This document shows positions 16,944 to 26,624 of a stretch of 32,000 nt of DNA, in pieces. The position numbers were made by a program, and so were the translations under genes. The stretch spans positions 30,001 to 62,000 of the forward strand of contig LVZN01000084.1 in the NCBI GenBank assembly GCA_001695645.1. The letters run 5' to 3'. Each line of letters begins with the position of its first letter. Positions within the stretch are counted from its first letter, which is position 1. The notes beneath the pieces were generated by a model. That model ran no database searches and was not told where the DNA came from. It saw nothing but the letters and a program-made list of their open reading frames with translations. Source of the stretch: Erysipelotrichaceae bacterium MTC7. Its GTDB lineage: Bacteria; Bacillota_I; Bacilli_A; Erysipelotrichales; Erysipelotrichaceae.

Positions 16944-17339
16944 ATGATTATGACAGACCCAATTGCGGATATGTTAACACGCGTAAGAAATGCTATTCAA
17001 GCACGTCATACAACAGTAGATATTCCTGCAAACAAAGAAAAAGTTGAGATTGCAAAAATCTTAAAAGCAGAAGGATTCATTACAGAATACGAAGTTAATG
17101 GAGACGTTAAGAAAACATTAACTGTTACGTTAAAGTATGGACCAAACAATGAAAAAGTAATCAATGGAATCAAGAGAATCTCTTCTCCAGGACTTCGTGT
17201 ATACACTAAAGCAGAAGATATGCCACGTGTATTAAACGGACTTGGAATTGCGATCATCTCTACAAGTCATGGATTATTAACGGACAAAGAAGCTAGAGCT
17301 AAAAACGTTGGTGGCGAAGTAGTCGCTTACGTTTGGTAG
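16944..17339 (+). CDS. rpsH: 30S ribosomal protein S8
   Basis: 131 aa. [22 protein letters not shown]...[33 protein letters not shown]. Confidence 0.97.
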   Translation: MIMTDPIADMLTRVRNAIQARHTTVDIPANKEKVEIAKILKAEGFITEYEVNGDVKKTLTVTLKYGPNNEKVINGIKRISSPGLRVYTKAEDMPRVLNGLGIAIISTSHGLLTDKEARAKNVGGEVVAYVW

Positions 17340-17362
17340 TCTAGAATTACGGAGGAAAAGTA

Positions 17363-17911
17363 ATGTCACGTATCGGAAATAAAGCGATTACCGTTCCTGC
17401 AGGTGTAGAAGTTAGTATCTCTGCAGCGAATGAGGTGACTGTTAAAGGACCTAAGGGAACTTTATCTCGCCAATTCTCTCCATTAATGGAAATTAAACAA
17501 GATGGAGAAATTATTACAGTTGCTCGTGCAAACGAACAAAAACACACAAAACAATTACACGGAACAACTCGTGCCCTATTAAACAACATGATCGTTGGGG
17601 TTAACGAAGGTTACGAAAAAGACTTAGAACTAGTAGGGATTGGATTTAAAGCCGCTCTTAAAGGAAAAGTTCTTGAGTTAATTGTTGGGTACTCACACCC
17701 AGTTAACATCGAAATCGAAGAAGGATTAACATGCGAAGTTAGTTCTCCAACTGCTATTAAGATTAGTGGAATCGATAAACAACGCGTTGGTGAATGTGCA
17801 GCCAACATTCGCGCAGTAAGAAAACCTGAACCTTACAAAGGAAAAGGTATTCGCTACAAAGGTGAATACATCCGTCGTAAAGAAGGTAAGACTGCTGCTA
17901 AGAAAGGATAA
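17363..17911 (+). CDS. rplF: 50S ribosomal protein L6
   Basis: 182 aa. MSRIGNKAITVPAGVEVSI...VTVKGPKGTLSRQF...PEPYKGKGIRYKGEYIRRKEGK. Confidence 0.97.
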   Translation: MSRIGNKAITVPAGVEVSISAANEVTVKGPKGTLSRQFSPLMEIKQDGEIITVARANEQKHTKQLHGTTRALLNNMIVGVNEGYEKDLELVGIGFKAALKGKVLELIVGYSHPVNIEIEEGLTCEVSSPTAIKISGIDKQRVGECAANIRAVRKPEPYKGKGIRYKGEYIRRKEGKTAAKKG

Positions 17912-17926
17912 TAGGAGGACACAATT

Positions 17927-18283
17927 ATGATTAACAAAACAGCTAGAAATGTAGAACGTAAACGTCGTCATGTACGTGTTCGTAAAAAAATCAGTGGTAC
18001 TCCAACATGTCCACGTTTAAATGTGTTCCGTTCAAACGCACACATTCATGCACAAATTATCGATGACGAAAATGGAAAGACTTTAGTATCTGCAAGTTCA
18101 GTATCAATGAAATTACCTAACGGTGGTAACGTTGAAGCTGCTAAACAAGTTGGTAAAGCAATTGCTGAATTAGCAACTAAAGCAAAAATTGAAAATGTAG
18201 TATTCGATCGTGGTGGATATGTTTACCACGGACGTGTAAAAGCATTAGCCGAAGCTGCTCGTGAAGCAGGGCTTAAATTTTAG
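17927..18283 (+). CDS. rplR: 50S ribosomal protein L18
   Basis: 118 aa. [37 protein letters not shown]...[28 protein letters not shown]. Confidence 0.97.
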   Translation: MINKTARNVERKRRHVRVRKKISGTPTCPRLNVFRSNAHIHAQIIDDENGKTLVSASSVSMKLPNGGNVEAAKQVGKAIAELATKAKIENVVFDRGGYVYHGRVKALAEAAREAGLKF

Positions 18284-18292
18284 GAGGAACTC

Positions 18293-18934
18293 ATGATGGA
18301 AAACAAAGAAACAAATGTTGTTGAAGAAGTGAAAGCTCCTGAAGTGGAAGCTGCTACACCAGCAACGCAAGAACAAACGGCAGCTCCTGAAGTTAAGAAA
18401 AACTTTAAGAGAAATGACCGTAGACCACAAAGAAAACCAAGAAGAGACCGTAACGAAAAAGAATTCGAAGAACGCGTAGTTACAATCAACCGTGTTACTA
18501 AAGTAGTTAAAGGGGGACGTCGTTTCCGTTTCTCTGCTCTAGTAGTTGTAGGTGATGGTAAAGGTCGTGTTGGATTCGCTACAGGAAAAGCAAACGAAGT
18601 TCCTGATGCAATCAAAAAAGCGGTTGAAGCTGCTAAGAAAAACATCATTACAGTACCAATGGTAGGAACTACAATTCCTCATGCAATTACTGGAAACTAT
18701 GGTGCAGGTAGCGTATTCTTACGTCCAGCTACAGAAGGTACAGGGGTTATCGCCGGTGGTGCGGTACGTGATGTACTTGAGGTTGCAGGAGTTAAGGATA
18801 TTCTTACAAAATGTCTTGGTTCACGTACACCAATCAACATGGTGCGTGCAACAATTACAGCTTTAGAAGAACTTAAAACTGTTGACGACATTGCACGTCT
18901 TCGTGGAAAAAAACCAGAAGAGATTCGTGGTTAG
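18293..18934 (+). CDS. rpsE: 30S ribosomal protein S5 (with about 45-aa N-terminal extension)
   Basis: 213 aa. The core is [51 protein letters not shown]. It is preceded by the extra [55 protein letters not shown]. An alternative ATG lies at 18296. Confidence 0.95.
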   Translation: MMENKETNVVEEVKAPEVEAATPATQEQTAAPEVKKNFKRNDRRPQRKPRRDRNEKEFEERVVTINRVTKVVKGGRRFRFSALVVVGDGKGRVGFATGKANEVPDAIKKAVEAAKKNIITVPMVGTTIPHAITGNYGAGSVFLRPATEGTGVIAGGAVRDVLEVAGVKDILTKCLGSRTPINMVRATITALEELKTVDDIARLRGKKPEEIRG

Positions 18935-18949
18935 TAGGAGGGTGCACAG

Positions 18950-19390
18950 ATGAAATTACATGAAATGAAATATAACGACGGTGCTAGAAAAGACCGCAAA
19001 CGTCTTGGACGTGGACACGGATCTGGTCAAGGTAAAACGGCTGGAAAAGGACACAAAGGACAAAACGCTCGTTCTGGTGGAGGAGTTCGTTTAGGATTTG
19101 AAGGGGGACAAACACCTCTTGCAAGAAGACTTCCAAAACGTGGATTCACAAACTTCACGAGAAAAGAATACGGAATTGTTAATGTTGAAGCATTAAACAA
19201 ATTCGATAATGGAGTTGAAGTAACACCTGAATTACTAATCGAAACTGGATTGGTTAAAAAAGAACTATCTGGTATCAAAGTATTAGGAGAAGGTGCATTA
19301 GAAAAGAAATTAACTGTTAAAGCTAATAAATTTTCTAAAGCTGCAATTGCTAGTATAGAAAAAGCAGGCGGGAAAGCAGAGGTAATCTAA
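18950..19390 (+). CDS. rplO: 50S ribosomal protein L15
   Basis: 146 aa. [51 protein letters not shown]. Confidence 0.97.
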   Translation: MKLHEMKYNDGARKDRKRLGRGHGSGQGKTAGKGHKGQNARSGGGVRLGFEGGQTPLARRLPKRGFTNFTRKEYGIVNVEALNKFDNGVEVTPELLIETGLVKKELSGIKVLGEGALEKKLTVKANKFSKAAIASIEKAGGKAEVI

Positions 19391-19391
19391 C

Positions 19392-20705
19392 ATGTTTTCC
19401 ACGTTTGCAGGATTCTTTAAGAACAAAGAGATTCGTAAAAAAATCCTGTTTACGATTGCGATGTTATTTGTGTACCGTTTAGGTGCACAAATACCCGTGC
19501 CTAACGTAGATACAACGCAAGTGTTCGAAGCAAATTCGATGGTCCAAATGATGAACCTACTTGGTGGGGGAGCCATGGACAAACTATCGATCTTTGCATT
19601 AGGGGTTGGACCATATATTACAGCATCAATCATTATTCAATTGTTATCGATGGACGTAATTCCACACCTAACAGAACTATCAAAATCCGGACAAACAGGA
19701 AAGAAAAAGCTAGACAAATACACAAGATATTTATCAGTTGTACTTTGCTTTGTGCAAGCATATACAACAACGTTAGTCTTAACAACATCTGATGGAACAA
19801 GCATTCTTGAAAACTCAAGTACAGCTGGATTCCTATATGTTGCCATTGTATTTACCGCAGGAACCATGTTCCTATTATGGCTTGCGGATCGCATTTCCAT
19901 GCACGGAATTGGAAATGGTGTCTCAATCATTATTTTTGCAGGGATTGTTTCAGACATGCCATTCCAATTTAGCAATGCATTTCGCTCACTTACAGCTGGT
20001 GCCAATGGAAGTTCATTCTTCTCAGGGGTACTAACGTTTGCAGGATTTATATTGGTGTATCTACTGATTATCGTACTGGTTGTGTTTATGCAAACTGCCG
20101 TACGTAAGATTCCAATTCAATATACTTCAAGTACCGTACAAAAAAGTGGTAAAGATATGACATACTTACCATTAAAAATTAACTCAGCAAGTGTAATCCC
20201 GGTCATTTTTGCCAGTTCGATTATGATTGCACCAGTTACGATTGTACAGTTGTTAGTGAATAACAACATCATCAAAGCAAGCTCATGGACAGAAACTATG
20301 GCAGACCTACTAGGAATGCAAAGTACGACATCGCTTGTGATCTATGGAGTATTAATTGTATTGTTTACGTTCTTCTACACAAAACTTCAAGTTGACCCTG
20401 AAAAAATCTCAGACAACTTAAGTAAGAGTGGAACGTACATTCCAGGTATTCGTCCTGGTAAAGAAACGAAAAACTACATCAACACGGTGTTATCAAGAAT
20501 TACAGTTCTTGGAGCGATTGGTTTACTTTGCATCGCCTTGTTACCAAACGTTGCACCATTGATTATGCCAAGCTTACCAAGTAGCATCCGTATGGGTGGT
20601 ACCGGGCTAATCATTGTTGTTGGGGTTGCAATGGAGACGGTTGCTCAACTAAAAGGGCAAATGACTGCAAAGTCATACCGTGGATTTATGGGAGTAAAAC
20701 GATAG
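19392..20705 (+). CDS. secY: Preprotein translocase subunit SecY
   Basis: 437 aa with 10 TM segments. KILFTIAMLFVYRLGAQIPVP...SIFALGVGPYITASIIIQLL...YIPGIRPGKET. Confidence 0.97.
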   Translation: MFSTFAGFFKNKEIRKKILFTIAMLFVYRLGAQIPVPNVDTTQVFEANSMVQMMNLLGGGAMDKLSIFALGVGPYITASIIIQLLSMDVIPHLTELSKSGQTGKKKLDKYTRYLSVVLCFVQAYTTTLVLTTSDGTSILENSSTAGFLYVAIVFTAGTMFLLWLADRISMHGIGNGVSIIIFAGIVSDMPFQFSNAFRSLTAGANGSSFFSGVLTFAGFILVYLLIIVLVVFMQTAVRKIPIQYTSSTVQKSGKDMTYLPLKINSASVIPVIFASSIMIAPVTIVQLLVNNNIIKASSWTETMADLLGMQSTTSLVIYGVLIVLFTFFYTKLQVDPEKISDNLSKSGTYIPGIRPGKETKNYINTVLSRITVLGAIGLLCIALLPNVAPLIMPSLPSSIRMGGTGLIIVVGVAMETVAQLKGQMTAKSYRGFMGVKR

Positions 20706-20706
20706 T

Positions 20707-21348
20707 ATGAACATTCTTATCATGGGAGGACCTGGTGCCGGTAAAGGTACAATGTCCAAAAAAATCGTTGAGAACTATGGAGTGACACACATTTCAACGG
20801 GAGATATCTTCCGTAGCGAAGTGGGAAATGGAACCCCATTAGGACTTGAAGCTAAGAAATATATGGATGCAGGGAAACTTGTTCCAGATGAAGTTACCAA
20901 CCCAATGGTAAAAAGTTTCTTAGAAACACAAGATTTAGCAAAAGGATATCTACTTGATGGATACCCAAGAACCTTAGCGCAAGCACAAGCGTTCGATGCA
21001 CTTGTAAAAGGAAGCGATTTGGAAATTGATAAAGTGATCACACTTGATATTCCATTTGAAAAATTAGCAAAACGAATTACTGGTCGTCGCTTATGTAAAA
21101 CTTGTGGACACATCTACCATGTAGATTACCATCCACCAAAAGTTGAAGGCATTTGTGATATCGATGGTAGCGAACTTTACCAACGTAAAGACGATACAAT
21201 CGAATCATTAGAAGTTCGTTTAGCAGAATACGAAAACAATGCACAACCAATCCTTGATTACTACAAGGATAAAGTTGTCATCATCAATGCTGACCAAAGC
21301 ACTGATGAAGTTTGGAACGAAATCGAATCAGCTTTAGGAGGCAAGTAG
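20707..21348 (+). CDS. adk: Adenylate kinase (zinc-lid type)
   Basis: 213 aa. P-loop GGPGAGKGT, the motif LDGYPRT, and lid CKTCGHIYH...CDIDGSELYQRKDD. Confidence 0.97.
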   Translation: MNILIMGGPGAGKGTMSKKIVENYGVTHISTGDIFRSEVGNGTPLGLEAKKYMDAGKLVPDEVTNPMVKSFLETQDLAKGYLLDGYPRTLAQAQAFDALVKGSDLEIDKVITLDIPFEKLAKRITGRRLCKTCGHIYHVDYHPPKVEGICDIDGSELYQRKDDTIESLEVRLAEYENNAQPILDYYKDKVVIINADQSTDEVWNEIESALGGK

Positions 21349-21351
21349 TAT

Positions 21352-22116
21352 ATGATTACTACAAAGTCTCCTAGAGAGATTGATTTGATGCGTAAAGCTG
21401 GGGAAATTGTTGCACTAGCTCACAAGAAGGCGAAAGAAATCATTCGACCAGGTTTAAATACCTTAGAACTTGACAGCGCCTGTGAAAAGGTTATACTTGA
21501 CCAAGGAGCAACCCCATCCTTTAAAGGATTGTACGGGTTTCCCAATGCTTGTTGTATTTCAGTGAATGAAGTGCTTGTTCATGGAATTCCTAACAAACAT
21601 ACAGTTTTAAAAGAAGGTGACATTGTGTCAGTTGATATCGGTGCAAACTTCAAAGGTTACCATGGAGACTCTGCATGGAGTTACCCTGTTGGAAAAATCA
21701 GCGAAGAAGCACAAAGATTACTTGACGTAACGGAAGAATCGTTATATAAAGGTCTAGAGAAAGCAACGGCGCAACATCGTTTGGGTGATATTTCACATGC
21801 GATTGAAACATACGTAGTGGAACATGGGTATTCTGTACCAAAAGACTATACAGGTCATGGTATTGGAAGTGATGTACATGAGGATCCAAGCGTGCCAAAC
21901 TTCGGTAAAGCTGGTACAGGTATTCGATTACGTGCTGGGATGTGTTTAGCGATTGAACCGATGGTACAAGCAGGCAAACCACAAACCAAAACGTTAGGTG
22001 ATGATTGGACGGTCGTTAGTCGCGATGGTTCATTAACTGCACACTTCGAACATACTGTAGTTATTGGAGAAGACAGTTGTGAAATACTTACTAAATTACA
22101 ATCAGAGGAGGACTAA
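21352..22116 (+). CDS. map: Type I methionine aminopeptidase
   Basis: 254 aa. [13 protein letters not shown]...VLVHGIP...DIVSVDIG...GHGIG...LAIEPM...HFEHTVVI (metal ligands D,D,H,E,E). Confidence 0.96.
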   Translation: MITTKSPREIDLMRKAGEIVALAHKKAKEIIRPGLNTLELDSACEKVILDQGATPSFKGLYGFPNACCISVNEVLVHGIPNKHTVLKEGDIVSVDIGANFKGYHGDSAWSYPVGKISEEAQRLLDVTEESLYKGLEKATAQHRLGDISHAIETYVVEHGYSVPKDYTGHGIGSDVHEDPSVPNFGKAGTGIRLRAGMCLAIEPMVQAGKPQTKTLGDDWTVVSRDGSLTAHFEHTVVIGEDSCEILTKLQSEED

Positions 22117-22334
22117 TGGGTAAGCAAGACGTTATTGAAATCGATGGAATTGTAGTTGATACACTTCCAAACGCAATGTTTAAAGTGAAATTGGAAAATG
22201 GGCACGAGATCATGGCTCACGTTTCTGGTAAAATCCGTATGCATTACATTCGCATTTTACCAGGTGATCGTGTAACAGTAGAAATTTCACCATATGATTT
22301 AACACGTGGGCGTATTACATTCCGTCATAAGTAA
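22116..22334 (+). CDS. infA: Translation initiation factor IF-1
   Basis: 72 aa. [71 protein letters not shown]. Confidence 0.98.
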   Translation: MGKQDVIEIDGIVVDTLPNAMFKVKLENGHEIMAHVSGKIRMHYIRILPGDRVTVEISPYDLTRGRITFRHK

Positions 22335-22355
22335 GCGGATAGGAGGCTACATTAT

Positions 22356-22469
22356 ATGAAAGTAAGACCATCAGTAAAACCAATTTGCGACAAATGTCGT
22401 GTAATTAAAAGAAAAGGTCGTGTTATGGTGATTTGCGAAAACCCAAAACACAAACAAAGACAAGGATAA
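22356..22469 (+). CDS. rpmJ: 50S ribosomal protein L36
   Basis: Not in the ORF track because it is under 60 aa. ATG at 22356 lies 9 nt after the AGGAGG SD. The translation is [37 protein letters not shown], with a TAA stop at 22467-22469. It is in the canonical position between infA and rpsM. Confidence 0.95.
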   Translation: MKVRPSVKPICDKCRVIKRKGRVMVICENPKHKQRQG

Positions 22470-22488
22470 AAGAGAGGTAAAGTAAAAT

Positions 22489-22854
22489 ATGGCTCGTATT
22501 GCAGGAGTAGACATTCCACGCGACAAGCGTGTAGTTGTTTCATTAACTTACGTATACGGTATCGGTCGTACAACAGCATCTAAAGTTTTAGCTGCAGCTG
22601 GTGTTGACGAAAACATCCGTGTAAAAGATTTAACTGAAGATCAACTTAACAAAATTCGTTCAGAAGTTGACGCAATTAAAGTAGAAGGTGATTTACGTCG
22701 TGAAACGCAATTAAACATTAAACGTTTAATGGAAATTGCTTCATACCGTGGAATCCGTCACCGTAGAGGTCTACCAGTTCGTGGACAACGTACGAAAACA
22801 AATGCTCGTACACGTAAAGGTCCAGTTAAAACAGTAGCTGGTAAAAAGAAATAA
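22489..22854 (+). CDS. rpsM: 30S ribosomal protein S13
   Basis: 121 aa. [34 protein letters not shown]...[26 protein letters not shown]. Confidence 0.98.
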   Translation: MARIAGVDIPRDKRVVVSLTYVYGIGRTTASKVLAAAGVDENIRVKDLTEDQLNKIRSEVDAIKVEGDLRRETQLNIKRLMEIASYRGIRHRRGLPVRGQRTKTNARTRKGPVKTVAGKKK

Positions 22855-22875
22855 GCAGAAGGAGGTAGACACTAA

Positions 22876-23268
22876 ATGGCAAAAGGTAAACAAACGACTC
22901 GTAAACGTCGTATCAAAAAGAATATTGCTAAAGGTTGTGCACACATTCACTCAACTTTTAACAACACAATTGTTACCATCTCAGATGAAGGTGGGAATGC
23001 AGTTGCTTGGTCTAGCGCAGGAGCTTTAGGATTTAAAGGTTCTCGTAAATCAACTCCATATGCTGCACAAATGGCAGGAGAAGCTGCTGGTAAAGCTGCT
23101 ATGGAACATGGAATGAAAACTGTTTCAGTTAACGTAAAAGGACCTGGTCCTGGACGTGAAGCAGCAGTTAGAGCATTACAAGTTGCAGGTTTAGAAATTA
23201 CAATGATTAACGATGTAACACCTATTCCTCACAATGGTTGTCGTCCACCAAAAAGACCACGTGGATAA
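22876..23268 (+). CDS. rpsK: 30S ribosomal protein S11
   Basis: 130 aa. [46 protein letters not shown]...[17 protein letters not shown]. Confidence 0.98.
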   Translation: MAKGKQTTRKRRIKKNIAKGCAHIHSTFNNTIVTISDEGGNAVAWSSAGALGFKGSRKSTPYAAQMAGEAAGKAAMEHGMKTVSVNVKGPGPGREAAVRALQVAGLEITMINDVTPIPHNGCRPPKRPRG

Positions 23269-23303
23269 GATCATTAACGTAACGTAAAGAGGAGGTAATA
23301 GGA

Positions 23304-24263
23304 ATGCAAAATTTTGAACGTGCGAATTTTGAAGTAAAAGAATTTATTGATTCTGAGAATTATGGAAAATTTGTGATTGAACCACTTGAAAGAGGGTTCG
23401 GTACAACGATTGGAAATGCACTTCGTCGTGTATTACTATCTTCCCTACCTGGAGGAGCAATTTTCTCTATTAAGGTTGATGGCGTATTCCATGAATTTAC
23501 ATCAATTCCTGGGGTAAAAGAAGATGTTACTTCGATTATCTTAAACCTAAAAAACGTAGTATTGAAAATTAATGATGATGAAATTCACACATTACGTATT
23601 TCTAAAAAGGGATACGGTGAAGTTCACGCTTCAGATATCGAACTTCCTGAAGGAGTCGAAGTTTTAAATGAAGACCTCTACATCTGTACAGTTGAACAAG
23701 GTCACACATTAGAAATGGAACTTCAAGCAAGAAGTGGAAGAGGTTACGTAAGTGCTGACCAAAACAAAGCATTGTATGCAGGTGCTGGTCAAGCGTTAGG
23801 AACAATCTATACAGATGCTATTTTTACACCAATTCAAAAAGTAGCTTACAGTGTTGATCCAACACGTGTTGGACAAAACGCAAACTACGATAAAGTAGAA
23901 TTAGAAATCTGGACAGATGGTTCAATTACACCACAAGAATCAATCGCATTAGGATCAAAGATTCTAATCGACCACTTAGAACTTCTTACAAATGTACACG
24001 AAGTTGTAAATGAAATGGATTCTGTGATGAAAGACGTACAAGGTGAAGTTGTTAACAAAGGCCTTGTTATGATGATCGAAGACCTAGATCTTTCGGTTCG
24101 TTCATATAACTGTTTAAAACGTGCTGGTATTCAAACGGTTGAAGAATTAACACAAAAAACAGAAGATGAAATGATGAGAGTTCGTAACTTAGGTAAAAAA
24201 TCATTAAAAGAAGTTAAAGATAAGATTTATGATTTGGGGCTTAGCTTCAAATCTTACGAATAG
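23304..24263 (+). CDS. rpoA: DNA-directed RNA polymerase alpha subunit
   Basis: 319 aa. GKFVIEPLERGFGTTIGNALRRVLLSSLPGGAI, and C-terminal domain IEDLDLSVRSYNCLKRAGIQTVEELTQKTEDEMMRVRNLGKKSLKEV. Confidence 0.98.
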   Translation: MQNFERANFEVKEFIDSENYGKFVIEPLERGFGTTIGNALRRVLLSSLPGGAIFSIKVDGVFHEFTSIPGVKEDVTSIILNLKNVVLKINDDEIHTLRISKKGYGEVHASDIELPEGVEVLNEDLYICTVEQGHTLEMELQARSGRGYVSADQNKALYAGAGQALGTIYTDAIFTPIQKVAYSVDPTRVGQNANYDKVELEIWTDGSITPQESIALGSKILIDHLELLTNVHEVVNEMDSVMKDVQGEVVNKGLVMMIEDLDLSVRSYNCLKRAGIQTVEELTQKTEDEMMRVRNLGKKSLKEVKDKIYDLGLSFKSYE

Positions 24264-24280
24264 AAGGAGTATGAGGTATT

Positions 24281-24646
24281 ATGAGAAATCGTAAACTAGG
24301 ACGTAAAGCAGATCACCGTAAAGCAATGCTTAGAAACCTTGCAACTTCTGTTATCGTTTCTGAAAGTGTTGAAACTACAGAAATGAAAGCAAAAGAAGTT
24401 AGTTCTGTGGTTGAAAAATTAATCACACTTGCAAAAAGAGGTGACTTACATGCACGTCGTCAAGCTGCAGCTTATGTACGTGATATCGTAGCTGATGAAG
24501 CAACTGGACAAACAGCTCTACAAAAATTATTCTCTGAGATTGGACCTATGTACCAAGACCGTAATGGGGGATACACAAGAGTTGTAAAAACAAGAAACCG
24601 TCGTGGTGACAACGCTACAATGGCAATTGTACAATTAGTTAAATAA
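24281..24646 (+). CDS. rplQ: 50S ribosomal protein L17
   Basis: 121 aa. [37 protein letters not shown]...[25 protein letters not shown]. Confidence 0.97.
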   Translation: MRNRKLGRKADHRKAMLRNLATSVIVSESVETTEMKAKEVSSVVEKLITLAKRGDLHARRQAAAYVRDIVADEATGQTALQKLFSEIGPMYQDRNGGYTRVVKTRNRRGDNATMAIVQLVK

Positions 24647-24651
24647 TTGGT

Positions 24652-24677
24652 AGAGGACTTCGGTCCTCTTTTTTTTG
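24652..24677 (+). terminator. Rho-independent terminator ending the alpha cluster
   Basis: AGAGGAC-ttcg-GTCCTCT (UUCG tetraloop) followed by T8. Confidence 0.9.
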
Positions 24678-24706
24678 TTGTAAAACAAATCTGGTTCATC
24701 TACAAT
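24678..24706 (+). promoter_or_regulatory. Putative promoter of the SseB-like gene
   Basis: TTGTAA (24678-24683), 17-nt spacer, TACAAT (24701-24706). Confidence 0.4.
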
Positions 24707-24733
24707 GAAGATAGTAATAGATAGGGAGCACGT

Positions 24734-25525
24734 ATGGAAGAAAGAAAAAAACGGGAAAGACAAAAGGCATTGCAAGATGCACTTGCGGCATATCAACTTT
24801 CTGCTGATAGTAAAAGACAGGAACAAGTTCACGCGTGTTTAAAAGAAGTGCATTTACTTGCCCCAGTGCAAACAAGCGCTTTATTAGCAAGACACATGCA
24901 TAAAAATACAGAAGTGCATGCATATCAAGATGCGAATTTCATCATGGTGATTGATGAAGAAAATGATTTGTATTATCCGGTCTTTAGTAGCAAAGAAGCG
25001 TTTTGTCAGTTTACATCTGACCAAAATTATGATGGAATCGAGATTACACTCGCTGATTTTGAATTGCTTTTGTGTGGGCAAAAAGAAGTTAGAGGGTTGG
25101 TCATTGACGTACAAAGTAGTAATTATAAACTTTGCCTGGAAGATATCTTACACATTACGCACCATGAACACTGTCGTCAAGTGGATACGCATATGGTTTG
25201 TGAAATTGAAGATCGAAATTTCTATTTAACGCGGGAACTATCTCAGTATTTGGTTCAAGTTCCGCAAGTGCGAGCTGCCTACTTGCAACGCATGCATGAG
25301 CATCAACAAATCAGTTATCTGCTTACTTTGGATACGGATGAATTTCAAGATGTCTCTGAACAAATCACAGACTTTCTATTTCCCCTGATTTACGAAACGG
25401 GAGATAGCGTTGATTTGATTGCTATGGCAACAAGATTTGGCGAGAAACTCACAAGAGAAGTAAAACCATTTTACGAACGTAAAGAGCATTTACTCAAGCG
25501 TATCTTACCAACGGATTTTAAGTAA
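24734..25525 (+). CDS. SseB-family-like protein (function unknown)
   Basis: 263 aa. The N-terminal half (HLLAPV...NDLYYPVFSSKEAFCQF...GIEITLADFELLL...RGLVIDVQSSNYKL) resembles the SseB N-domain. The C-terminal half (VPQVRAAYLQRMHEHQQISYLLTLD...DSVDLIAM) resembles the SseB C-domain. This was recognised by eye only. Confidence 0.45.
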   Translation: MEERKKRERQKALQDALAAYQLSADSKRQEQVHACLKEVHLLAPVQTSALLARHMHKNTEVHAYQDANFIMVIDEENDLYYPVFSSKEAFCQFTSDQNYDGIEITLADFELLLCGQKEVRGLVIDVQSSNYKLCLEDILHITHHEHCRQVDTHMVCEIEDRNFYLTRELSQYLVQVPQVRAAYLQRMHEHQQISYLLTLDTDEFQDVSEQITDFLFPLIYETGDSVDLIAMATRFGEKLTREVKPFYERKEHLLKRILPTDFK

Positions 25526-25551
25526 AAGTCTTGTATTGCCAAGACTTTTTC
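25524..25551 (+). terminator. Rho-independent terminator after the SseB-like gene
   Basis: aaaaGTCTTG-tattgc-CAAGACttttt. Confidence 0.75.
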
Positions 25552-25557
25552 ATTTCA

Positions 25558-25586
25558 TTGAGTGTCATCTACTTATTTGATATAAT
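25558..25586 (+). promoter_or_regulatory. Putative promoter of the lipoprotein operon
   Basis: TTGAGT (25558-25563), 17-nt spacer, TGaTATAAT (-10 at 25581-25586 with an extended TG). Confidence 0.5.
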
Positions 25587-25610
25587 CGGTATAGAAAAAG
25601 AGGAACGATA

Positions 25611-26624
25611 ATGAAAAAACTATTGGCACTTTGCATTGTTGTCGTACTAGCAGGATGTAGTACGAGTGGTCGCGATGCCATCTTATCAAGTGAAGAGAAA
25701 CACACATTGGAAGACTATGGTGTATTGGATTATGTGAAAAACGATTGTAAAAACATTCGCACGGTTCAAAAAATGTTACACGAAGACTTTAAAAAAGAAC
25801 ATGTGAAAGCATACTGTGGTTTAAACGTTAGTAAAACCGAATTCATCAATCCACTACTTGATCTTGGTTTTAGCACAAAGCAAGTCAAAGCACTCGTTGC
25901 TTTGGATTACTTGGATGCAAAACGTTTGGAGCGTTACGATGCATATGCACAAAAAAATCCCGAAGTTTCAATGGAAGATGTTGTGCTCGCGGTTAATCTG
26001 GATCAAGATGAAACAGCCTATGAAAATATCACATTGGTTGAAGATGAAAGTCTTGATGTGCTAATCAACAAGCATTATGGTTTACCTGAAGGATATGTTC
26101 CAAGTGACTTGGTTGAAATTCAATCGGTGTGCCTGCAGGGTAGTGATTACTCCTGTTCGACGATGGATAAACAACAACTACGCAAAGCAGCCGTAGCTGA
26201 TTATGAAGCATTTGTCGCTTATGTAAAAGAAAAGAAAAACTATGATATTGTATCCATTGCAAGTTATCGTTCTTACGATTATCAAAAAAACTTGTATGCC
26301 TATTGGAAAGGTGAAAATGGTGAAGCGTATGCTGATACCTATTATGCAAGACCTGGGCATAGCGAACACAATGGTGGATTAGCAATTGATATTAGTGTTC
26401 GTGGATTTCCATTCAATGAACTGGATACATTTGAAGATTATGAATATCTTGTGGAAACCTTTAAAGACTATGGTTTTGTCTTACGATATCCTGAAGATAA
26501 AGTGGACGTTACAGGATATGGTGCTGAAGCATGGCATTTCCGTTACGTCGGTAAAGAACTGGCACAAAAACTATATACAAGTGGTATGACTCTTGATGAA
26601 TATCATGCGTTGGAGGCTCGATAA
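25611..26624 (+). CDS. M15B (VanY/LdcB-like) D-Ala-D-Ala / LD-carboxypeptidase lipoprotein
   Basis: 337 aa. Lipoprotein signal MKKLLALCIVVVLAGC (lipobox LAGC). The zinc-peptidase motifs are GHSEHNGGLAIDIS (SxHxxGxAxD) and EAWHFRYVG. Confidence 0.8.
   Translation: MKKLLALCIVVVLAGCSTSGRDAILSSEEKHTLEDYGVLDYVKNDCKNIRTVQKMLHEDFKKEHVKAYCGLNVSKTEFINPLLDLGFSTKQVKALVALDYLDAKRLERYDAYAQKNPEVSMEDVVLAVNLDQDETAYENITLVEDESLDVLINKHYGLPEGYVPSDLVEIQSVCLQGSDYSCSTMDKQQLRKAAVADYEAFVAYVKEKKNYDIVSIASYRSYDYQKNLYAYWKGENGEAYADTYYARPGHSEHNGGLAIDISVRGFPFNELDTFEDYEYLVETFKDYGFVLRYPEDKVDVTGYGAEAWHFRYVGKELAQKLYTSGMTLDEYHALEAR

Noticed and set aside
15808-20005. Long (107-122 aa) minus-strand ORFs antisense to rplX, rpsE, rplO and secY (15808-16176, 18280-18648, 19310-19633, 19637-20005).
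   Set aside because: Their translations are low-complexity (F/S/T/C-rich), typical of the reverse complement of Lys/Glu/Ala-rich genes. They have no SD and overlap essential conserved genes completely.
25611-26624. The VanY-like peptidase considered as a marker of a vancomycin-resistance cluster.
   Set aside because: No vanH, vanA or vanX, and no vanRS-type two-component system, lies nearby. The lipoprotein M15B architecture fits housekeeping LdcB-type carboxypeptidases.
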